A DNA stretch of 64,000 nt from an uncultured Nitrososphaerota archaeon. GTDB lineage: Archaea; Thermoproteota; Nitrososphaeria; Nitrososphaerales; Nitrosopumilaceae. This document shows positions 57,447 through 64,000 of the stretch, piece after piece (within the stretch, counting starts at the first letter, position 1; every line of letters starts with the position of its first letter). The translations under genes were made by a program, and so were the position numbers. The notes below the pieces were generated by a model that worked only from the letters and a program-made list of their open reading frames with translations, ran no database searches and was not told the origin of the DNA. The DNA lies in NCBI GenBank assembly GCA_963701075.1, contig OY969559.1, positions 1,248,001 through 1,312,000 on the forward strand, given 5' to 3'.

Positions 57447-59001
57447 AAATAGCAAATACCGCGAGATGTTTGTACAAGAAGCCTTGGAACACGTTGAAAA
57501 TCTAAATCAACACCTCTTAAAATATGAAGAAGAACCTAATGTGAAAGAACATGTAGACATTCTATTTAGATCTGCCCATACTTTGAAAGGTATGGCTGCA
57601 ACCATGGGATATGATCAGATTAGGGAGATTTGTAAGACTATCGAAGAAATTTTTGATACATTCAGAAAAGGAGAAACAACAATAACCGCAGAATTAGGAA
57701 ATGTCATATTTCTTGGAATTGATCACCTGAGGAAACTAGTAAGTGACGAAACAAAAAAAATTGATTTAAAAGAGTTTCTAAATTATGTACAAAACCCCAC
57801 TGAACTCAAAGTTAATGATCTAGAAGCCGATCCTGTATCTCCACAACAGGTAAATTCTCCTACAGTCAGGGTGAAAATGCAAGATCTTGACGCACTTGTA
57901 AATTTGGTTGGAGAAATGATGATATCTAAAATGCGACTAGACCAGATAATACAAACATGTAACTCTGATGAAGGCAAAGAGGTCCTAATGAATTTTGGCA
58001 GGCTTATTACTGATATCCAGTATCAAACAATGAAAATTAGGCTAGTTCCTGTAGATCATGTCTTTAATAGGTTTTCAAGGATGGTACGTGATGTTTCAGC
58101 ATCTCTTGGTAAGGAAGTCAAACTAGAGATGGAAGGCTCTAATATTGAGCTGGATCGTACTGTATTGGACGCAATTACCGATCCTCTTCTTCATATGCTT
58201 AGAAATGCAGTTGATCATGGATTAGAAACGCCATCTGAAAGAAAAGAAATGGGAAAATCAGAAACTGGCACAATACATCTGAAAGCCAGTCGCATTGGAG
58301 ATAGGGTGGAAATCCAAGTTGTTGATGATGGAAAGGGTATTGATCTTGACGCAATTAAAGCAAAAATCTTGGAAAAGAAAATCATAACTCAGGAAGAACT
58401 TGATCATATGGCTGAAGAAGAAATTGTAGAGTTGATTGGAACTCCAGGTCTTTCAACCGCAAAGGTGGTTACTGACATATCTGGGCGAGGAGTGGGAATG
58501 GATGTTGTGATGACCAGAGTCAAAAATGTTGGCGGACATGTGAAAATCTTGACTGAAAAAGGAAAAGGAACTAACATCACATTGACAATTCCTATGAGTT
58601 TGGCTATAATAGGAGGACTATTAGTTAACATATCAAATCAGAAATACGTTCTACCGCTTTCAAGCATATCTACTACAATTACAGTTGACTCTAAAGATAT
58701 AAGATGTGTGCATGGAAAAGAGATGATAACTCTAAGAGATAAGATTGTTCCTATAATTCGAGCTTCAGTGGTGCTTGGATTGAATTCATCTGATGTGGCA
58801 GTTAATGCCCCCGTAAATATAGTAGTTGTAGATAAGGATGGCAAGTTTTATGGTTTAGTAGTAGACTCACTTGAAAAAGAACAAGAAGTTGTAATAAAGC
58901 GTCTTGACGGTATGACTAATTCGTTGGCAACATTTTCAGATGCAACTATATTGCCAGATGGGAAAGTGGCGTTAATTCTTGAGCCATCATTACTAGTGTA
59001 G
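57439..59001 (+). CDS. cheA: Chemotaxis histidine kinase CheA (no P2 domain)
   Basis: FRSAHTLKG, HMLRNAVDHG, DDGKG, SGRGVGMDVV, C-terminal CheW-like domain. Confidence 0.96.
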   Translation: MSENSKYREMFVQEALEHVENLNQHLLKYEEEPNVKEHVDILFRSAHTLKGMAATMGYDQIREICKTIEEIFDTFRKGETTITAELGNVIFLGIDHLRKLVSDETKKIDLKEFLNYVQNPTELKVNDLEADPVSPQQVNSPTVRVKMQDLDALVNLVGEMMISKMRLDQIIQTCNSDEGKEVLMNFGRLITDIQYQTMKIRLVPVDHVFNRFSRMVRDVSASLGKEVKLEMEGSNIELDRTVLDAITDPLLHMLRNAVDHGLETPSERKEMGKSETGTIHLKASRIGDRVEIQVVDDGKGIDLDAIKAKILEKKIITQEELDHMAEEEIVELIGTPGLSTAKVVTDISGRGVGMDVVMTRVKNVGGHVKILTEKGKGTNITLTIPMSLAIIGGLLVNISNQKYVLPLSSISTTITVDSKDIRCVHGKEMITLRDKIVPIIRASVVLGLNSSDVAVNAPVNIVVVDKDGKFYGLVVDSLEKEQEVVIKRLDGMTNSLATFSDATILPDGKVALILEPSLLV

Positions 59002-59011
59002 GTAAATCGAA

Positions 59012-59611
59012 ATGACAACTAAAACATTGAATCCAACAGAATTGTATTCTCTTGAAAATGTGTTAAGCTCATACATTACACAGAAAACGTCCTCTGCCTT
59101 GTCATCTCTTCTTGGAGAATCTACAGTACACACTATAAAGAAAACACATACGGAAACTTCTAAAATTGGAGACTTGAAAGATTTTGTTAACGAAATAGTT
59201 CTCTGTTCTGTATTTCTTCATGGAGGAGGAGATGTACGTGTGGGAATTCTATATTCTATATCTGAAATTGACGCAAAAAAAATTGCGGCGAAATTGTTAT
59301 GCACGGAAAAAGTTGACTCACTTGATGATTTAGGAAAGTCTGCGATATCAGAGGTGGGAAACATTATGTCAGGATCATTTTTCAATGCATTGTCCGATCA
59401 CACTGGGTTAAAAGTAGATCTTTCCACCCCTGATTTTGCAATGACGTCGATTTCATCATTATTAGAGCCACACGCATCAGGATTTCTTTGTGAGATTAAT
59501 GATATTGTAACAGAGATAGAATTGATTGGCGTTGAAAGCAACGTGTGTGTACATATGTTGGTAATTCAAGATCATGACAATGCTAGAAAGCTTTTGAATA
59601 CGAAACGGTGA
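59012..59611 (+). CDS. cheC: CheC-family phosphatase
   Basis: SAISEVGNIM motif; first motif degenerate. Confidence 0.85.
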   Translation: MTTKTLNPTELYSLENVLSSYITQKTSSALSSLLGESTVHTIKKTHTETSKIGDLKDFVNEIVLCSVFLHGGGDVRVGILYSISEIDAKKIAAKLLCTEKVDSLDDLGKSAISEVGNIMSGSFFNALSDHTGLKVDLSTPDFAMTSISSLLEPHASGFLCEINDIVTEIELIGVESNVCVHMLVIQDHDNARKLLNTKR

Positions 59612-59697
59612 CATTAATTGATAAATATGAAGATCAGTTTACGAAATATTTTGGAATTGAGTGGGTATGATATGAATAGTTTACACGGTGATAGTTT

Positions 59698-60552
59698 TTG
59701 AGTCTTAATGAATTATCAATGAGTGAAGACTCGCTGCATACATTTAGCAAGGTGTTTGAGAGTTATGGATTTGATATTAAGAGATACAAGACTGCCTTCA
59801 TGAAGAGAAGATTAGATAGAAGAATGAGGGTTCTAGAGATTAACGACTATTTTGAATATGCCACAGTTTTAAAAAATGAAAGACGTGAATTTGAAGAACT
59901 ATTTACATCCCTGTCGATCAACGTGACAAACTTTTTCAGAGATTCTGCAGTATATGATAAATTCAGATTGTTCATAATACCTAAAATTTTATCTGGTCTA
60001 GAGCAGCGCTACAAAATCAGAGTATGGAGTGCTGGGTGTGCATCGGGAGAAGAAGCATATTCCCTTGCTATCATGTTCACATATGCGATTGGGAAAACAA
60101 ATAATTTTGATGTAGAGATAATTGCAAATGACATTAATCCAAATGCAATCGAATATGCACAAAGTGGTAGATATTCTGAGAAAAGCATTACCAAATTACC
60201 ACCTGAGGTGGTTGCAAATTATTTTCAAAAGATAGCGGATAGTGAAAACAATGTAGGATATGAAGTTATACCATCTATAAAAAATTTAGTGACATTCAAA
60301 GTGGGCGACATACTGTCTAATGATTCAAAAAATCTTGACGTGATATTCTGCAGAAATGTATTGATTTATTATGAAAAAGAAGCCCAAGAAATAATTATGA
60401 CAAAATTTCATCACTGTTTGAAAGAATCAGGTTATCTTGTGCTAGGTATGGATGAAACCATGCTGGGAAGAAGATGTGAGAAGTTGTTCAACCCATTACT
60501 GGCACGTGAAAGAATCTATCAAAAAATTGCAGTGCCTAGTAATCCAAAATAG
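59698..60552 (+). CDS. cheR: Chemotaxis methyltransferase CheR
   Basis: INVTNFFRD, VWSAGCASGEEAYSLA, IFCRNVLIY. Confidence 0.95.
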   Translation: MSLNELSMSEDSLHTFSKVFESYGFDIKRYKTAFMKRRLDRRMRVLEINDYFEYATVLKNERREFEELFTSLSINVTNFFRDSAVYDKFRLFIIPKILSGLEQRYKIRVWSAGCASGEEAYSLAIMFTYAIGKTNNFDVEIIANDINPNAIEYAQSGRYSEKSITKLPPEVVANYFQKIADSENNVGYEVIPSIKNLVTFKVGDILSNDSKNLDVIFCRNVLIYYEKEAQEIIMTKFHHCLKESGYLVLGMDETMLGRRCEKLFNPLLARERIYQKIAVPSNPK

Positions 60553-60754
60553 TCATCATATATTTGGTTTCACACGTGTAATATTCACATGTGTGATCAA
60601 ACTATACAACTGTACTAATATTATGATCTTGCACCAAACAAGTCTTAAATGATACCTATGCTATACCCTCTATTTGTTAAGACTAAAACAAACCAATTAT
60701 TTTGTAATGTTATGCTGGAGAAATTTGTTATGTTATCTCAATCGGAGGCATAAC

Positions 60755-61135
60755 ATGTCTACAAGCCCAACAAAGATTCTGATTGTAGATGATGCTTCAT
60801 TTATGAGAGTTGTCTTAAAAGACATTCTTGTATCTCATGGCTTGGTATCACAAATCTATGAAGCAGGTGACGGCCTTGCAGCAGTGGAATCCTACAAGCA
60901 ATTCAAGCCAGATATAGTGACAATGGATGTTAATATGCCCAAAGCAGACGGAATTCAGGCCCTGAAATCTATCATACAACTTAACCCAAAAGCCAAAGTG
61001 GTAATGGTGACATCTGTTGAACAAAAACACATCGTACAAGATGCCATAAAATCAGGCGCAAGAGATTATGTGATAAAACCATTTGATAGATCCAATGTAA
61101 CTATGGTGATAAGCAAAGTTATCAGGTCGAGATAG
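60755..61135 (+). CDS. cheY: CheY, second copy
   Basis: Identical to 56001-56381 except one Ala/Thr difference. Confidence 0.9.
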   Translation: MSTSPTKILIVDDASFMRVVLKDILVSHGLVSQIYEAGDGLAAVESYKQFKPDIVTMDVNMPKADGIQALKSIIQLNPKAKVVMVTSVEQKHIVQDAIKSGARDYVIKPFDRSNVTMVISKVIRSR

Positions 61136-61199
61136 CGTATGATGGTAACGTCTGAATTGTTCATGACTGATCAAGAGATTGCTTCTATTATGGTAAAAT

Positions 61200-61799
61200 A
61201 TGAATATGAAATCTAATCATAATGATTTGCAACAATTAGACTGTGTCTTGAATTCATTTATTGTTTCAAAAACAATTCCTTCTCTTAATGTGATCCTTGA
61301 AGAACCTATACGATATTTTCGTAAAAAAACGCAGGCAATTCAAATTACAAATCTGGATTTGCTTATTTCAAATTTTGAAGAAATGGATGTGATGTCAGCA
61401 GTGTATGTCAAATGTAATGGAGATTTGAGTATTGGAGTATTATGGTACATGTTGGAGGAAGAATCAAAACCATTAGCAGTAAAACTACTTGGAGAATCGC
61501 ATTTGAATGAATTTGATAAACTTGCCATTTCATCTATTTCTGAAATTGGAAATATATTGACTGCATCAATTGTTAACGCCATCTGTGCTGAATCTGGGAG
61601 TAAGATTTACTCATCTGTACCTGGTTTTGCCATTGAATCCCTGCGTACATTACTTGAAGCAATAGCCTCTGATTTTGGAGATCAATCTGATATTATAATT
61701 GCGTCTGCTGTAGAGTTCTATGGTATCAATTCAGGAATCAAACTGAAAATGCTTCTTGTTCAAGATCTGAAAGAGGCAAAGAAACTCATAACATGCTAG
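61200..61799 (+). CDS. cheC: CheC-family phosphatase, second paralog
   Basis: SSISEIGNIL motif. Confidence 0.82.
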   Translation: MNMKSNHNDLQQLDCVLNSFIVSKTIPSLNVILEEPIRYFRKKTQAIQITNLDLLISNFEEMDVMSAVYVKCNGDLSIGVLWYMLEEESKPLAVKLLGESHLNEFDKLAISSISEIGNILTASIVNAICAESGSKIYSSVPGFAIESLRTLLEAIASDFGDQSDIIIASAVEFYGINSGIKLKMLLVQDLKEAKKLITC

Positions 61800-61809
61800 T
61801 TGATTTTTG

Positions 61810-62307
61810 ATGAATAGTATTATTGAAGTGAAAATGGGTGGAGTGGCAATAATACATGAGGAAACGGTTGAATTGAAAACTTTTGTAGGTTCATGCGTTG
61901 CAATGTGTCTTTTTGATATTAACGCCAAAATTGCAGCTATGGCTCATGTCATGCTTCCAAAGAAAATAAATGGCAAGCAGCATGTTGCAGAAAACGAAGT
62001 TGGCAAGTTTGCAGATACGGCATTTGCATATATGATAAATAACATGATCCAGATGGGTGCGGATCCTAAAAGAATTCAAGCAAAGATGGCAGGAGGTGCT
62101 ACAATATTTTCTCACGAGTCTGAAACTAGTTTGTTTAATATTGGGTCAAGAAATATTGTAGCTATCAAACAGATTTTAAAAGAAACTGGTATACCACTTA
62201 TCTCTGAAGATACAGGAGCAAATTTTGGTAGATGGGTAATATTTACTCTAAGTTCTGGCGACATGACTATAGTATCAAATCTTAAAAAAACTAGAAAAAC
62301 AATTTGA
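61810..62307 (+). CDS. cheD: Chemoreceptor glutamine deamidase CheD
   Basis: VGSCVA, AHVMLP, KFADTA, AKMAGGA, IGSRN, EDTG..GR. Confidence 0.94.
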   Translation: MNSIIEVKMGGVAIIHEETVELKTFVGSCVAMCLFDINAKIAAMAHVMLPKKINGKQHVAENEVGKFADTAFAYMINNMIQMGADPKRIQAKMAGGATIFSHESETSLFNIGSRNIVAIKQILKETGIPLISEDTGANFGRWVIFTLSSGDMTIVSNLKKTRKTI

Positions 62308-62467
62308 ATTTATTTTAATATCTGACTTGAAATGGATGCCTGATAAAATACCGTCATGTCATTGTAATCTTTTCATGATTACAATGAATAGCAATTGACG
62401 TTAAAAGACAATTTCTTAGATAGATAAATAACCTACTTCAAAGAAGTACTACTGGAATGATAGGCAA

Positions 62468-63082
62468 TTGGGAATCCAGCTACTGGATATTGGAAATAAA
62501 TTAATTGTGTTTGCTGTTGTAACCGGAATCTTTCTTCCTGTTAGAATGGTTTTCTATTCTTATGTTTCATCACATTGGATTGGCAGTTTGGGCTTGACCT
62601 CTTCAATTATGCTTGTTATGACATTTCTTGCTCACAAGAATAAACTTGGCCGTTTTGGCAATATCTTTGTAGAACAAATGACAAAAACAATGAGAGGAAG
62701 ATCTGGCAAAATAGCCATGTGTTTTTCATTACTTTTAATTGTCTATCTTGGAAGCACTCTTGTCTGGATTGAAAGGGGAGATACAACATATTCGGATGAA
62801 AAGCAAATTGTTTCTCAACTTGTATTTTCACACTCTGATCTAAGTCCATCTCAAGTACAAGACATGAATAAAATATTACAAGTGCATGAAAACGACATTT
62901 TTTTTGTTTTCGCGCGTTTTGATCAAATCGTTTCAATGACATATGCAATAATGAATGATGTAATGGGAGGATGGCTCTTCAACCTTGATACCATATTATT
63001 AATTGAGCAATTCGAAGTTTTAGGTCTGGTCTTTTTCTACCGGAAATTATATGTCAGTCCTTTGCAGGTGCATGCAAAATGA
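62468..63082 (+). CDS. Membrane protein, unknown function
   Basis: About 4 hydrophobic helices. Confidence 0.65.
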   Translation: MGIQLLDIGNKLIVFAVVTGIFLPVRMVFYSYVSSHWIGSLGLTSSIMLVMTFLAHKNKLGRFGNIFVEQMTKTMRGRSGKIAMCFSLLLIVYLGSTLVWIERGDTTYSDEKQIVSQLVFSHSDLSPSQVQDMNKILQVHENDIFFVFARFDQIVSMTYAIMNDVMGGWLFNLDTILLIEQFEVLGLVFFYRKLYVSPLQVHAK

Positions 63083-63357
63083 TATGTTATCTACGTGGAT
63101 TGAAACAAGAATTTTAGCTCATTCGTACTCTATGTCATAGATCTAACATATTTCATCTTAAAATTGGGCAGCTTGTTTGTTGTAGAAATACGAAATCTTA
63201 CCCAGTAGAGGGATCTTGTAGAATATGATTCATGTACGCTAATTTTATGGTGTGTAAGGTGTGTTTTTTGAAATTAACTTTTGTAAATATGAAACACGTT
63301 CGTTCATTTCATACAACCATAAGAGTTAATGTCCCTTTCTAAGTATAAGAGGGTGGG

Positions 63358-64000
63358 ATGACACAGCAACCTACAGAACCTGAGAAAAAATCACTAGTGG
63401 AGGATCTAAGTACTCTCACTGGTAGAGCATTTAAGGAACTGGATTCTACAAGGACGGAACTTCAGGAAAAAGAAAAACTTCTAAATCATTTGGCAGCTGA
63501 ATCCATGGAGAAAATCAAGGAGTTATCAAACATAAATCATGATTTGCAGGACAAGGTTGGCTTTTTGCTTGACCTTAGTGCGTCGTTGAACAAAAAAAAT
63601 GATGAACTTGTCAAGTCTAATCGTGATCTTGAACAACAAAAGTTTCAATATAATAAAATGACAGTAGAATTAAAAGAAAAACTTGACAGAGTTCTTGCTA
63701 AAGAAAAGGAATTGTCTATGCAACGCGACTTTCTTGCAAGGCAAGTAGATGAGAAAACTCAAGACTTGATAAAGGCCGCAAAATTCACTGTCATAGGAGA
63801 ATTAGCTGCACGTCTGGCTCATGATTTGCGTAATCCTCTATCCATAGTAAAAAACACCATGGACATAATGCGTGTAAAGCCAACTATGAGAATAGATGAA
63901 AGATTGCAACATTTTACACGGTTTGACAGAGCTGTACAGAGAATGACTCACCAAATTGATGATGTCTTAAACTTTGTAAAAAGATCCGATTTGACACTTC
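63358..64000 (+). CDS. Cytoplasmic histidine kinase, partial (runs off window); paralog of 1208-2263
   Basis: Manual translation ...KEKELSMQRDFLARQ...GELAARLAHDLRNPLSIVKNTMDIM. Confidence 0.9.
   Translation, partial: MTQQPTEPEKKSLVEDLSTLTGRAFKELDSTRTELQEKEKLLNHLAAESMEKIKELSNINHDLQDKVGFLLDLSASLNKKNDELVKSNRDLEQQKFQYNKMTVELKEKLDRVLAKEKELSMQRDFLARQVDEKTQDLIKAAKFTVIGELAARLAHDLRNPLSIVKNTMDIMRVKPTMRIDERLQHFTRFDRAVQRMTHQIDDVLNFVKRSDLTL

Noticed and set aside
60674-60754. N-terminal extension of the second CheY
   Set aside because: Lies mostly outside the duplicated segment; GGAGG precedes ATG 60755 as in copy 1.
1236-62948. Numerous antisense or overlapping ORFs of 60-170 aa in the track (e.g. 1236-1691, 23902-24387, 43714-44214, 52577-53062)
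   Set aside because: Shadow frames of well-supported genes, with no motifs of their own.

Overview
A 64-kb chromosomal window from an ammonia-oxidising archaeon (Nitrososphaerota/Thaumarchaeota, probably Nitrosotalea-like). This is inferred from the CdvB paralog, the thaumarchaeal IPxWVKNNAxWW repeats, many cytoplasmic two-component genes, and an archaellum plus che cluster. Contents in order: a two-component islet downstream of tRNA-Thr(UGU); purS/purQ/purL/purF/purC; proteasome alpha; the L3-to-L6 ribosomal protein cluster and tRNA-Asn(GUU), bracketed by two 874-bp IS5-family copies; a cdvB-like ESCRT-III gene; ccdA plus redoxin; bioFBAD; a PII-like gene overlapping a class III nucleotide cyclase; purE/purK; an archaellum cluster with two near-identical archaellins; and a full che cluster (2 MCPs, cheW, cheY x2, cheB, cheA, cheC x2, cheR, cheD) with no cheF. 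Main leads: (1) four 1-bp insertions (tRNA-Asn, arlI, both MCPs) can each be reverted to AGCT, probably a methylation-linked sequencing-error footprint; (2) a possible PII-cyclase fusion by -1 frameshift; (3) a membrane-anchored ArlC/DE-like protein as candidate CheF-independent switch; (4) an att-like tRNA-Thr 3'-end duplication; (5) a 30-bp palindrome in three copies; (6) several microproteins below the ORF-track cutoff. All calls were made by eye, with no database searches.
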